Positions 1 to 11,434 of a stretch of 34,762 nt of DNA are shown here, in pieces. Position 1 is the stretch's first letter, and each line of letters opens with the position of its first letter. The notes under the pieces are model-generated. The model ran no database searches. It saw nothing but the letters and a program-made list of their open reading frames with translations, and was not told the origin of the DNA. Position numbers and translations under genes: made by a program. Location: positions 118,248,125-118,282,886 of the forward strand of contig NC_068983.1 of the NCBI RefSeq assembly GCF_001194135.2, read 5' to 3'. Source of the stretch: Octopus bimaculoides (taxonomy: Eukaryota).

Positions 1-31
<31 letters not shown>

Positions 32-38
32 TATATAC
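1..38. repeat. (AT)n/(AC)n microsatellite, the internal microsatellite of the adjacent SINE
   Basis: Direct dinucleotide repeat contiguous with the SINE at 39-195; the same arrangement is seen in the full copy at 7211-7629. Confidence 0.9.
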
Positions 39-195
39 GACGGGCTTCTTTCAGTTTCCGTCTACCAAATCCACTCACAAGGCTTTGGTCAGCCCGAGGC
101 TATAGTAGAAGACACCTGCCCAAGATGCCACGCAGTGGGAATGAACCCAGAACCATGTGGTTGGTAAGCAAGCTATTTACCACACAGCTACTCCT
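39..195 (-). mobile_element. tRNA-derived SINE family 1, 5' half
   Basis: Reverse complement reads aggagtagctgtgtggtaa...ggttctgggttcattcccactgcgtggcatcttgggcagg...gaaactgaaagaagcccgtcg; matches copies at 1281, 7211, 28795, 28950, 29255. Confidence 0.9.
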
Positions 196-647
196 ATAAT
201 TTTTTTATTTTGACAATTCTTAACACTCTTCAAAGTTCATTACTTACTTTCCTTGTACTCTCTCACTCTTCTCCTCTTTTATCTTGTGTACATTGATGCC
301 CTTTTGTCTACTGCCCTCTTTACCCTACTTTCTCACTCCCCAGTTAAGTTGCTTCACCTGGCCCTGATCACTTCCCTCCAATCCTCCCATTTCAACTGAC
401 CTAACTTTTACTACAAACTTTTAAAACCTACTTCTTTCCACTTCACTTCCTCACACATCACTCATCTCCCATGCTACTCACACTATACATGCTATCCTTT
501 TCCCCTTCTCTCCATACCTTCCACATTACATTACTCTTTCACCCTTCTCTTTTTCATCCTGCAACCAAAGGACAAGCAACCAAAATGTTGGAAGTTTTCA
601 CTCTTCACAGTAAATTGGACTCACTCAAATCTAATTGTTTTCCTTAA

Positions 648-984
648 CCCATAAACTGCGATAGGCCACCTCAGTGGCCAACACGACAGTGCGATAGGCC
701 ACCTCAGTGGCCAACGCAACAGTGCAATAGGCCGCCTCAGTGGCCAACGTGACAGTGCGACGGACCACGTGCGTGGCCACGAAAGTAGGGTATGATCTGA
801 CCTAATTTTGATGACGTATAATGTATGCACACAATACCCTTTCACCCCAGAAACAGTGTACTCGATCACAGACGGTGTTAAGAAACACTGAGTATTTTTC
901 CGAGTGATAGATCGACGTTGACCTTTACCCAAAATAGGCTCAGCAGTTCGTGTTACATACAGCAAAATCCCAGCAGTTTATGGG
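648..984. mobile_element. piggyBac-type non-autonomous element (MITE), 337 bp
   Basis: TTAA at 644-647 and 985-988; perfect 12-bp TIR CCCATAAACTGC (648-659) / GCAGTTTATGGG (973-984); CCC...GGG ends; CpG-rich interior. Confidence 0.85.
658..785. repeat. 33-bp tandem repeat (3 good copies plus 1 degenerate) inside the piggyBac-type MITE
   Basis: Units start at 658, 691, 724, 757; consensus gcgataggccacctcagtggccaacrcracagt. Confidence 0.9.
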
Positions 985-1280
985 TTAAACTTTTATAGAT
1001 TAATTGTTGCTGACATAGACCATCAAAGTTTACTGAAATTCTAGAATTTTTCATGCTAACCACTAAACTGTAAAATAGGAGGGTCAACTACTGTAAGCCA
1101 ATCTGCCTAAAAAATACAGAAAATATTATACCTAATTGTGTTGTGCCCTATCTGAAACGTAATATTATATCAAAGTCTGCTGAGAGTTTAACTACATTAA
1201 AGTTAAACTCTTAACTATAGCAAGAGCATTTCTATGTAAAAGCATTTTTTCTAACATTACAACAACGATTATTTCTAATA

Positions 1281-1680
1281 TAGGTACCAGATGTGGCTGT
1301 GTGGTAAGAAGTTTGCTTCCCAACCACGTGGTTCCAGTTTCAGTCCTACTGCATAGCACCTCGGGCAAACATCTTTTTACTATAGCCACAGGCTGATCAA
1401 AGCCTTGTGAGTAGATTAGGCAGATCAAAACTGAAAGAAGTCTGTCATATACGTGTGTGTCTTTGTGTATATGTTCATCTCCCACCACCATTTGACAACC
1501 GGTGTTGATATGTTTATGTCTTCGTAACTTAGCAGTTCAGCAAAGGAGGTCAATAGAATAAGTACAAGGCTTTACAAAAAAATAATAAGTATTGAAGTCA
1601 ATAACTTTGACTAAAATTCTTCAAGGCGGTGTCCTAGCATGGCCACAGTCTAATGACTGAAACAAGTAAAAGCTAAAAGA
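1281..1680 (+). mobile_element. tRNA-derived SINE family 1, near full length
   Basis: Head gtggctgtgtggtaagaag...ggttccagtttcagtcc, body homologous to 7211-7629, tail gactgaaacaagtaaaagctaaaaga. Confidence 0.85.
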
Positions 1681-1879
1681 TGAAAGGACAGGAGATTTGC
1701 GAGGGGGGAGTGTTTAGTCAATATCATTCATCCCAGTACTTGACTCATACTTTATTTTATCAGCTCTATAGAGATGAAAGGCAAACGTTCCAACGTAGTT
1801 ACAAGCAGACATAGACATCCTCTCAACCTTCCCACTCTTCATTCAGTACAAAATTGAGGGTATAACAGCTAGAGAGAAA

Positions 1880-2313
1880 GAGGCCTGCAACAATAGTTCC
1901 CTCTGCAATTAGAAAGACATGGGACAAAGTGGTGAGAAAGGATCTACAAACATTGGGACTCACAGAGGGGATGAAAGAGGACTGAGACTCGTGGAGATTT
2001 ACTGTGCTTGGAAAGACACATCAAGCTAAGTAAAAAGTGTGGTTGCCATTACATACAGACTCACCCCTTGCAACCCTCTCCAGCTGAGCATCCCTAATCT
2101 TGCAGGTTCATAAGTGTCAGAGCTGCATAAAAGCACCCAGTATACTCTGTAAAGTGGTTGGCATTAGGAAGGGCATCCAGCCATAGAAACCATGCCAAAA
2201 CAGACATGGAGCCTGAGCAGCCCTTCAGCTGATCACCTCCTGTCGAACTGTCCAACCCATATCAGCATGGAAAATAGATGTTAAATCATGATGATGATGA
2301 TGATGATGATGAT
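1880..2313 (+). mobile_element. 5'-truncated RTE-clade LINE 3' end (ORF2 C-terminus remnant, 3' UTR, (GAT)n tail)
   Basis: Degenerate translation RKTWDKVVRKDLQTLGLTE.. resembles the RTE ORF2 C-terminus; followed by ggcattaggaagggcatccag...gcatggaaaa...gttaaa(tga)n. Confidence 0.75.
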
Positions 2314-2363
2314 AAATAATACAAATGTTAAAATTTAGTAAAAACATCCAAAATAGAACTCAC

Positions 2364-2642
2364 CACCAGATGGCAAAAGAAGAGTGAAATTAAGTGCAAA
2401 GTTATTGCGGCGGTAGTCATTAAAACAAGTCCGCTGTTCATCATGAATAGTAATACCAGCAATTTGTGGACGCGCTGATGCACTGGTGTAGAGACCACTG
2501 ATATTATTGAAAGTAACATCAGTAACTGTAGGACTTCCTCTAGCAGGAATATCAACACTGGACTGGTAGTGGTACTTCTGCCAACTTGATATGCTACCTT
2601 TACTTCGGTTACGTTCAAGTTCTCGGTTCACATTGTGGCATC
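2364..2642 (-). CDS. Internal coding exon (279 nt, phase 1-1) of an unidentified, probably extracellular protein
   Basis: Long polypyrimidine acceptor ...ttttcttttctctttttgaaatttag|GA (ag at 2643-2644), donor GGTG|gtgagt (2358-2363), open frame CHNVNRELERNRSKGSISSWQKYHYQSSVDIPARGSPTVTDVTFNNISGLYTSASARPQIAGITIHDEQRTCFNDYRRNNFALNFTLLLPSG; unique sequence that keeps its CpGs; three N-X-S/T sequons. Confidence 0.8.
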
Positions 2643-3182
2643 CTAAATTTCAAAAAGAGAAAAGAAAAAAACAAAAAAAGAAATAAATAAATTTTAAAAA
2701 TGACAAGTATTCTCTTTTTTTAAAACTCTACAATTATTCTAATATGTATAATTTCAACTGAGTGAGCAAGGTCAAGCTTAGAGATAAAAGAGTGATTCAG
2801 ATTCTCTTCGCTGCAACAATAGAAAGGTCAGTAATATTCCCTCTCCCATTACAGCTGTTTAAACTCAGGAAACGCATTAACATTCACTGGATATGGGTAG
2901 ACATTTCAAAAAAGATCAGATTGCATAACCAAGAAAGAATACAAAAACATATTTTTGTCTCTTACTTGATACTTTCTTCTGCATATCCTCAAATTTAAAG
3001 TTGGATCTTCAATAACAGCTTTCAGAAATTTCAACTCAAAAAATGGCCACTTCTTTCATAGCACAACATATATTGTTAAGATATTTATATAACAGAAACA
3101 TACCATAGAATTGTAACACTGTGAAAGAAACAATGTACATTTCATAAATTCTTCATATCATCCAGCATTATTTCCATTCTAT

Positions 3183-3408
3183 TTAACCTTTTTGTTATTA
3201 TATTTCTGTTGAAATATACTGCCTTTGTTTCAATTAATTTTGAAATAATGAAGGATTTAATAAAATAACTTTGTTATTAAGCTGGTATGTGGAATGTTAA
3301 TTAACATGAAATTTTGATGGAAAGATTTACTCTAGATCATTTTAAGACAGGAGGTTTGTATCAAAAGTTCAGGGGCAGCCTTGGGCAGAGTGCTTCCAAA
3401 AGGATGAA
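3183..3408. mobile_element. TTAA-type MITE family B, degenerate
   Basis: ttaacc...atatttctgttgaaatatactgcctttgtttcaattaattttg...tttgtatca...aaaagga; homologous to 4903-5123 and 8349-8799. Confidence 0.7.
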
Positions 3409-4902
3409 AAAATAGTTCCCATTGAAGTTAGGTTTAGCAATGGAAGAAGACTGAAATCAGGGATAAAGTTAACTAAATCGTTTTTGATTCACAGAGATCC
3501 ATAGATTTGATATGTGTCACTTGTTGTCAGCATATTACACAAATGAAAGATGAAGCTCTTCTTAGAAAGGATGCTAGTTTATTACTGGCATCAATTCCAT
3601 AGGAAGCGACTGAATTCAACACTGCATTACAGTAAACAATTCACGAATTCCATAGTACTGGTATCTAGCTCCAGCAGTAAATCATACTGTGTACCTACTT
3701 TGGGCCATTAAGAATTGTGTGATTAGGCCATAAACACAGCATCTGTAACAGGATATGAACTATCAACCATTCAGTTGAGCATCATGCAATTCTACCATTT
3801 CAGCCATCGATCCTCTTACTGAAAATGGACAGCAGCTACTTAACAACAAACATTTTCTCAAGCAAAAGGTTTATCTAAAGTTGGTAAGAAGAATAACAAA
3901 ATATCTTTTAAAAATCTCTAAGCAACAAACTCATTTTTATAAGGAGATTCTATAAACTGTTTAAACATTTTACTTCTGATGATACTCTGTCTTGATAATT
4001 TAAACTCTATTTCTTTCATCTGTATTGTTCTAAATTAACAAATTTACATCTAATAAGCCAAAACAGTAGAGTGTCAAACTAAATGCCTTTAAGCATTTAA
4101 TGACATCCTTCAACATTAAGAATTCAAATCCCACCAGATTTGAATTCACCCTTCATTCACTCAACGTATTGATAACGAAATAAATATTAGCCATTACTAA
4201 AATCAATTCAGTGAACTATATCCCCACCCTACAAATTTTTAGCATCTTGCCAACTTTACTAATGTGAGAAATCAATACATTTACAAATGTGAGTCAGCAC
4301 AGCCACCCAAGCTCCACTAATAATTTTACATGAAAGAAGTTATTTAAGAACTCTATGCAGCCACTTAAACTGCAGGAATCTTCCCCAAATACTACTCTAC
4401 CTCTTAAAAATATTTAAATATACAAGATAAACTAACACTGAATGTAATACACCAATAAAAGAAAACAAAATGGTCAGTTATAATATCATTTAATGTTTTT
4501 CATATACCAAAATATTCCTCACAGAAGCTATGAATATGAAAGAAGTGAACTCTAAAACACCTATAAAGATAAATGTCTTACAGTCTACAAAAACTCAAAA
4601 ACATTATCACTAACATTTACAAATAGGCCAGAGACATACACGAATACAGGAAAAAATAACTATGAGAGCAACACTAACAATAAAGCACCATTGTTATTTC
4701 CTTTTTTTAAAGTGAACAGTCCCAAAACAAAAAGAAAAACTTATAAATTCTGCAATATAAAATTAATGACATTAAAAATACCTTTATGGAACTAAAAGAT
4801 TTATCATCACACTCAACACTTACATGATAATTCAGAAAATATTCTTACTACATAACACCTAACATTGTGCATGTTATAAGAGTGGTTAGTCTTATAACAT
4901 AC

Positions 4903-5123
4903 ACCTCTTTTGTTGTCATATTTCTGTCAAAATACACTATCTTTGTTTCAATTAATTAGTAAAATAATTTTGTCATTATTAAACTGGTGTCTGAAACATA
5001 AATTTTAATGAAATTTTAATGAAAGACATTTTCTTCTATTTTTTTGATAACTAACTTTAAAACAGAAAGTTTGTATCATAAAACCAGGGTAAATCTCAGA
5101 CAAGTTGGCATCAAAAAGGTTAA
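4903..5123. mobile_element. TTAA-type MITE family B, degenerate
   Basis: Shares ctttgtttcaattaatt, ttgtcattattaa, tttgtatcata and the terminal gttggcatcaaaaaggttaa with the other family B copies. Confidence 0.7.
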
Positions 5124-5334
5124 ACCAAAGAGGGAATGACGCTAACTAGAAATACAGACTTCCAAAATAAAAGCCAACAACATGAAACACACTATTATAC
5201 TATATATAATAACATCAGAAACCTCACCAATTGATCATCCAGGTTACAGACCCCAACTTCAACACTTAATACAGAAACATTGTTGAGAAAACTTCAATGC
5301 ATTCAATACATGCTGGTTTTCAAAATGGGTACCC

Positions 5335-5668
5335 AAGGTTGTTTCATCTACAGAGAAGGTGATGGCCTCAGTTCTTTGAGATGCAAAAGGCATTGTGCTT
5401 ATTGACAATCTTTAAAAGGGCCACACCATGAATGGGGAGTATTATGCCAACTCACTTAGGTAGTTACAAAAGGCTATCAAGACCAAATGTCCAGGAAAAC
5501 TGACAAAAATGGTTTTGTTTCATCACAACAATACTCCAGCACACAAGTCTTTCGTTTCAATTACTGCTGTGTGTGACTGTGGCTTTGAAATGTTTGAAAC
5601 TCTCCCTATTCTCCTGATTTAGCTCCATCTGACAATCACCTATTTACCAACTTGAAAAAAACACTTGG
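5335..5668 (+). pseudogene. mariner transposase fragment (catalytic-domain C-terminal part), decayed
   Basis: Degenerate translation KVMASVL..KGIVLID..KGHT.NGEYYANSLR.LQKAIKTKCPGKL...LFHHNNTPAHKS...YSPDLAPSDNHLFTNLKK; same family as 30935-32110; ends at an RTE tail insertion. Confidence 0.85.
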
Positions 5669-5860
5669 CTGTGCATGAAAAAAAAACACCCAGTACACAC
5701 TGTAAAGTGGGTTGCATTAGGAAGGGTACAGGAAGGGATTCCAACTATAGAAACCATGCCAAAGCTGACATGGAGCACAATGCAGGCCAGTAGCTCACCA
5801 GATCCTGTCAAACTGTCCAACTTATGCCAGCATGGAAAATGGACATGTGATGATGATGAT
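5669..5860 (+). mobile_element. RTE-type 3' end with (GAT)n tail
   Basis: cacccagtacacactgtaaagtgg...ccaacttatgccagcatggaaaatggaca(tga)n. Confidence 0.8.
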
Positions 5861-6033
5861 ATTAAACACAACAAACCAATTTCTGAAGAAAATGGGCACA
5901 GCCCCTTCTTCCAAATCAAACCAATAAATGATAAGGTATTAAATTTGAATATAACAAAATCTTTCTCCCTTACATTTACATGTTTCAGAGGCCCTACAAA
6001 AAAATCATTCACACTGCCTTTCCTGCTCTAAAT

Positions 6034-6358
6034 CAGTGACCTCTGGGGGTCTATGTAATATTTTTGGGGGTTCACACTAGAAAATAATAAACTGGGGATT
6101 TATAATAGTATTTTAAGAGTCCATGAAAAATTGTGATTTAGGTATATTTATTGCAAAAAACAGCTGGGATTTTTTCCTCTAACATTCTATGTAGCTCAAC
6201 CTACACAGGTTAATGTATGGAAAACAAAATAGGAATTTGAAAGAAATTTCTGTAAAACTAGCTTTTAAACATCAAATGGCTGTGCGTGGGAGGAGGAGTC
6301 CACTAGAATAAAATAGATATAAAAGGGTCCGTAGATAAGAAATGGTTGAGAACCACTG
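6034..6358. mobile_element. hAT (Charlie/Buster-like) MITE
   Basis: Right end ggttgagaaccactg (= CAGTGGTTCTCAACC), left end cagtg.. partly deleted; 8-bp TSD ctctaaat (6026-6033) / ctctaagt (6359-6366) with central TA. Confidence 0.75.
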
Positions 6359-6389
6359 CTCTAAGTCATTTTTTTCTTTACTTTTTTCA

Positions 6390-6618
6390 GGGCCAGACAG
6401 TATCCGCCCGACTGGCCCTCGTGCCGGTGTCACGTAAAAGCACCCACTACACTCTCGAAGTGGTTGGCATTAGCAAGGCCATCCAGCTGTAGAAACTCTG
6501 CCAAATCAGATTGGAGCCTGGTGTCGCCTCCTGGTTTACCAGTCCTCAGTCAAATCGTCCAACCCATGCTAGCATGGAAAGCAGACGTTAAACGACGATG
6601 ATGATGATGATGATGATG
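6390..6618 (+). mobile_element. RTE-type 3' end with (GAT)n tail, little diverged
   Basis: gtgccggtgtcacgtaaaagcacccactacactctcg...gcatggaaagcagacgttaaacgac(gat)n. Confidence 0.85.
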
Positions 6619-7117
6619 AATTTGCAGCTATATTTTGCTTCTTGATAATCTTTAAGACCTTCAAAGTAAGTCTTCATAAAACCAATATTAAGGTAAGGTA
6701 ATATTTTTAGTCTGAGAAAAAAATAACTAATGGTTATAATAAGGTTCCTAAAAATTTACAAAAATAGGTTCATAAAATAAATAATGGAACAACTTACGCT
6801 CTTCTTTGTGAACATTACAAATTAATTTTCTATCTTCATCCTTTGGCTGAAATAAATAAAAGAGAGTAACAGATTAATTGGAGACTACTTAAGGATAATC
6901 AATTATTGATGATTTTAATTATATCACAATAGATGAAGAACCCATAATTATTAAATACAGCTGAGAAAATCAAGAATAAAAAAATGTCCATCAAGTACAA
7001 TTGTTAGCTAGAAAGTATATTGTAATTGATGGATAATTTGTAAAGAAGGCTGGTAGAGATCATAACAGCAGGATCAATGCTATTATAAGAAATTGCTTGA
7101 GAAATGTCACATTGGAG

Positions 7118-7335
7118 CAGTGGTTGTCAATCATTTTTTAAATATGGATCCCTTTGATTCCTATTTTACTCAGGTGGACTCTTATAGCCATTTAATGTTT
7201 AAAAAAAAATCCTACCAACCACATGGTTCTGGGTTCAGTCCCACTGCGTGGCACCTTGGGCAAGTGTCTTCTACTATAGCCTCGGGCCGACCAAAGCCTT
7301 GTGAGTGGATTTGGTAGACGGAAACTGAAAGAAAC

Positions 7336-7411
<76 letters not shown>

Positions 7412-7783
7412 ATATGTTTGTATGTCTGTTTTTGTCCCCCCAACATCGCTTGACAACCGATGCTGGTGTGTTTACGTCCCCGTAACTTAGCGGTTCGGCA
7501 AAAGAAACCGATAGAATAAGTACTAGGCTTAGAAAGAATAAGTCCTGGGGTCGATTTGCTTGACTAAAGGCGGTGCTCCAGCATGGCCACAGCCAAATGA
7601 CTGAAACAAGTAAAAGAGTAAAAGAGTAAATATTATTAGGAATTCTACAAAAATTATGTTAAAATATTGTGTGCATTGCAGAAGTATATTCAGTTAATTG
7701 CATGTAAATTTTAACAGCAAAATATTCTATAGACCGCCCCGACCTCCCCAAGGGCCATATGGACCCTGGTATGAAAACCACTG
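7118..7783. mobile_element. hAT (Charlie-like) MITE interrupted by a SINE
   Basis: Left end cagtggttgtcaa at 7118, right end gaaaaccactg ending at 7783; flanks cattggag / tattagag (6/8 identical, transitions). Confidence 0.6.
7211..7629 (+). mobile_element. tRNA-derived SINE family 1 with long internal (TA)n, young copy
   Basis: ccaaccacatggttctgggttcagtcccactgcgtggcacc...gaaactgaaagaaaccc(ta)n...gacaaccgatgctggtg...gactgaaacaagtaaaagagtaaaagagt; many CpGs retained. Confidence 0.92.
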
Positions 7784-8348
7784 TATTAGAGTAATGAGTG
7801 ATAATATACAGGAAGAAAGACCACACCAATTCATTCATTAGGGATTTTCAGAAGCACATTACTTTCACCAAAAATCTTTCTTGCAGCTCAACATAAAACA
7901 GGTATCAACACCACAAATATTTTAAATGTGTCTCATTAGAGTTTTCCCATTAAATGGTGCTGGTTAAGATCAAAGTGAACTCTTTTAGATTTTTTTTTAG
8001 GAAGCAAGTCTAGAAAATTATGGCTAAATCTATCTGATCTCGCATAATGAAATTTACTGTGTGAATGAAGATCAGTGTTATTGATGAATTGGCTAATTAA
8101 TACTTACAATATTGATTTCTTTTGTATTAAGTACAAAGCCAATTTTATTTTCCTTTCATTTGAGTAGCAATCAAGTTAAATAGTTACAGGGAAGTATCTA
8201 GTCCAGAGCTCTACTATCCAGACCGTCTCAGCCACCTTGAATTGTGCGAATAATATTGATTTCTTTTGAGTAGACACAATACCAGATTTCAGAGGTAAGG
8301 GGTACTTAATAAAACTGAACCAACTCTAGTTTATTACAGGCACTTGCC

Positions 8349-8799
8349 TTAACTCTGTCATTCTCATATCTCTCTTGAAATCCACTGCTTTTGTTTCAAT
8401 TAATTTTGAAAATACTGAAGAATTTAGTAAAACAACTTTGTCATTATTAAGATGATGTTTGAAACAAATTAGTGTAAAAATTTGATGGAAAGTTTTGATT
8501 TAGATCACTTTAACTTTTTAACATTTAAACTGGCCACATACGGCCAAAATATTCTACTTGGTTTATGTTCAAACTGACCAGATCTGACCTCTTGCACCTA
8601 CTACAGAGAGTCATTTTAAACATAAACAATCACATCATCGAAATCTCAAGGCTACAAGATAACGCAGGATAAATTCAAAACAATGTAAATAAATAAGCAT
8701 TACATTTGACAGAGTAATCTGAATGCTAAAGGGTTAAACAGGAAATATGTATCATAGGACCCAGGTGGACCTCAAGCAGGTAGGTATCAAAAGAGTTAG
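8349..8799. mobile_element. TTAA-type MITE family B, host of a nested family A insertion
   Basis: Family B sequence is continuous once 8514-8737 is removed (tagatcact-ttaa-acagg..tatgtatcata). Confidence 0.75.
8514..8733 (-). mobile_element. TTAA-type (piggyBac-like) MITE family A, nested
   Basis: TTAA at 8510-8513 and 8734-8737; ends gaatgctaaaggg; homologous to 11221-11434, 30374-30593, 32805-32993. Confidence 0.85.
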
Positions 8800-9689
8800 T
8801 AATACCAGAAAAATAAAAGAGTAAGTTAGCCCATCAGCATTTGAACTTTGAACATTATGCTATTAAACTTGTAACAGTAAAATATCCAGTTCAGTGTTTT
8901 AATATCTCCCATAACAATTGACAATACTTAACATTCTTAGTTGTGAAACACCAAGTCATCCTTGAATGAGTAGACTAATGGTTAAAGACATTCCAACATG
9001 ACCACATAATCTTTGTGTATATCTAGTACTATGTCCTTCAATTTTTTAAAGGTAATAGAATGTGATTTGGACATTTGGCTGCTATTTTTAGCATACTGGT
9101 AACCATGTGGGGGGCTCTATAATTGGTTCATTTTAATGTTATTTAGCTATTTCTTTTTTCACAAACTTATTGAACTATGATTCATAAACTATCATGAACA
9201 CTGAGCTGAGCCAATAGTTTTACAGCCACAACAAAACTGATACAATTTTGTTCATATTTAGCATCCTTCTCCGTGCTTACATAAAGGAGGAAGGAGATTA
9301 ATGTTGAAAGAAAGATTACCCAAGAGAATCATTTATTTAATAATTCTAAATATTCTACTGGATAATCAGCATAAATAAAGAATTAAGCTATATATGACTA
9401 CTACCAGAAAAATATTTTAAAAAATAAACTTGCAAAACAAATACAAAACAGCATTAAATTAAAAACAATTATAAGGGAATAATAAATAAGATGATTTATA
9501 AAAATCATTTTATGATTTTTGAAATTATAACAGAAAAAAGAACCACCATGGTAAAATATCACTTGGAAGAAATTATCCTCTCCTACAAATAGGATGGTCC
9601 CTACCAGCACCTCAATACTGTAAATCAATTAAGAGACAAAATATGTTTTCTCACTTGTTTATATAATACATGAAGGATGCCTTCATGCA

Positions 9690-11215
9690 TTGCACAGTTC
9701 TCAAGCTCTATCATCTCCCAAACCATATCTGAGTCTTTCAGTTCCTTGCCAAAAGGGTGTCTGCCAGTACTGAAGAATTCTCCTTTCTTCCACTTCTCAG
9801 CTACAGTGATTCTGTGAACAGCACTCCCACAGACAAAGCCACCACATTCACTGCCTGCTTTGCATCCAACTTCACACTGCACACTAAGTAGATCTCCTAC
9901 AAAACTACACCCTTCCATTCAACCAGACTCAAATTTTGCACACATTCATATCAAATGCAGCCCTAGCAATGTATTTTCCACTGTTCTCAAACAATGTGAC
10001 TCAGATCTAATGCTTGTATTCAACTTTTCAATCTTTCTTTTTCTAGAGATATGTTAAAACCTTAGGGAAATACAGTACAGAACATCCTATTCTTAAAGAA
10101 AGAAATTCCTTTCACTTAGCCAACTACTGTCTTATTGCATTCACTTATAATATCTCAAAAAGAGTGGGGACATCCCCTAAAAGACTACAAGTATGGCTTT
10201 TTTAAAGTCAGATCTACTGGAGACCTATTCTATTTTCACACAAGTGGCTCCTGCCATTGAAACTTGGTGAAAGCAGTATTGTTTCTCTCTGCAAAGCTTT
10301 TGACCATATATGGCACACAAATCCCCAGTCAAAACTGTTGTGACAGAGCTCTCTCTCTCTCTCTAATCCACACTATATCAACTCTAATGTACGTTAGTTT
10401 TATTCTCCATACTCTTCATGACTTCCTTACCATCACCCACTCCAAAGGAGATGGTACCATCAGTCATTCCTCATGATTCATCCACATGAACCTAGACACT
10501 TCACACTGAATCTGCACTGATTCCATGAACAGAGACCTCAAGAATGTCCTCTAATAAGATCATGCCAATCTTGTTTCCTTTAACAGCAAAAACAACACAC
10601 ATTCATTGCAAATATCACATTATTTTCAAATGTCACAACATTTTTGCACATCACACTTAAAACATGAACAACACATAATTAAAATCCATGCAATCACTTC
10701 AATGCCAAGCCTCACTGTCACTAAGGATCTCTTCTGGCAAAACTACATCATCAACATAGAAAAGACTGTATCTCAAAGATGAGCCTTTCTTTCAGAGCAA
10801 AGAATATATTTTAGCCTTCCACAACTACTGCAAAACTCAGTCAACACTCATAATAGAATACTGCTCAACACAGAGCTACTGCTAAACACAGACATCCTAG
10901 TCTACTTTCAAAGAAAGGTTATTGGACAGATTGCAATGAAGTTGCTTGCAAATACACACCACCTATGGCACACGAACACACTGTCACCTCTTTCTGCCTT
11001 TTCTATTGCTGATTCAGCAGCCTCAGTCCTTTGTAGCTGGCTAGCCTCATGTCACCTTCACTTAGGCACTCCTGACTCACTCATCACTTTCTTCCTTTTA
11101 TCAAACAATTTGTGTCCATCCTCTTCTCGAGTTTTGTACAAATCACTACACTCAATTCTTCTCTCCCAGAACACTAGCCCTCAGAAATTCTCTCCTTATA
11201 CACATTGGTCCAACA
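9690..11215 (+). pseudogene. Heavily decayed CR1/L2-group LINE ORF2 (reverse-transcriptase region to C-terminus)
   Basis: Collinear degenerate motifs FLPLL..TDKATTFTACFASNFTL; VLKQC; HPILKE...ANYCLIAF...ISK; YG...RSTGDL; KAFDHIWH; LVSFNSK; EYCS; the order matches RT-LINE ORF2 despite many stops and frameshifts. Boundaries approximate. Confidence 0.75.
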
Positions 11216-11220
11216 TTTAA

Positions 11221-11434
11221 CCCTTTAGCATTCACATTATTTTGTGATGATTATTTATTCACATTGTTTTGAATTAATCATGCATTATTTTATAACTGTG
11301 GGAGTTTGTATGAAGTAACAGTTAATTTTTAGAATGATAATGTCGGGTTGATGTGAGAGGCCAGATCTTTCCATTTTGAACATAAAACAAGTAGAATATT
11401 TTGGTCAGATATGGCCAGTTTAAATCCTAAAGAG
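11221..11434 (+). mobile_element. TTAA-type MITE family A
   Basis: ttaa|ccctttagcattc...aaatcctaaagag|ttaa with TTAA on both sides. Confidence 0.85.

Noticed and set aside
658-785. CRISPR-like array of palindromic repeats
   Set aside because: There are no unique spacers, the context is eukaryotic and the array lies within a TIR element.
2966-3008. Candidate exon SNFKFEDMQKKVS upstream of the 279-nt exon
   Set aside because: The acceptor is a purine-rich gaag and the segment resembles a decayed interspersed repeat.
7192-7456. YIYIYI-type ORFs (also 14548-14814, 15628-15825, 23193-23740, 28104-28517) and gap-spanning ORFs such as 26427-26972
   Set aside because: They are translations of microsatellites and N runs.
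9625-9918. 97-aa minus-strand ORF with a protein-like look and a gtgaga donor
   Set aside because: It is the antisense of the decayed CR1-like ORF2, whose motifs are recognisable on plus; there is no good acceptor and its phase does not fit the 2642 exon directly.
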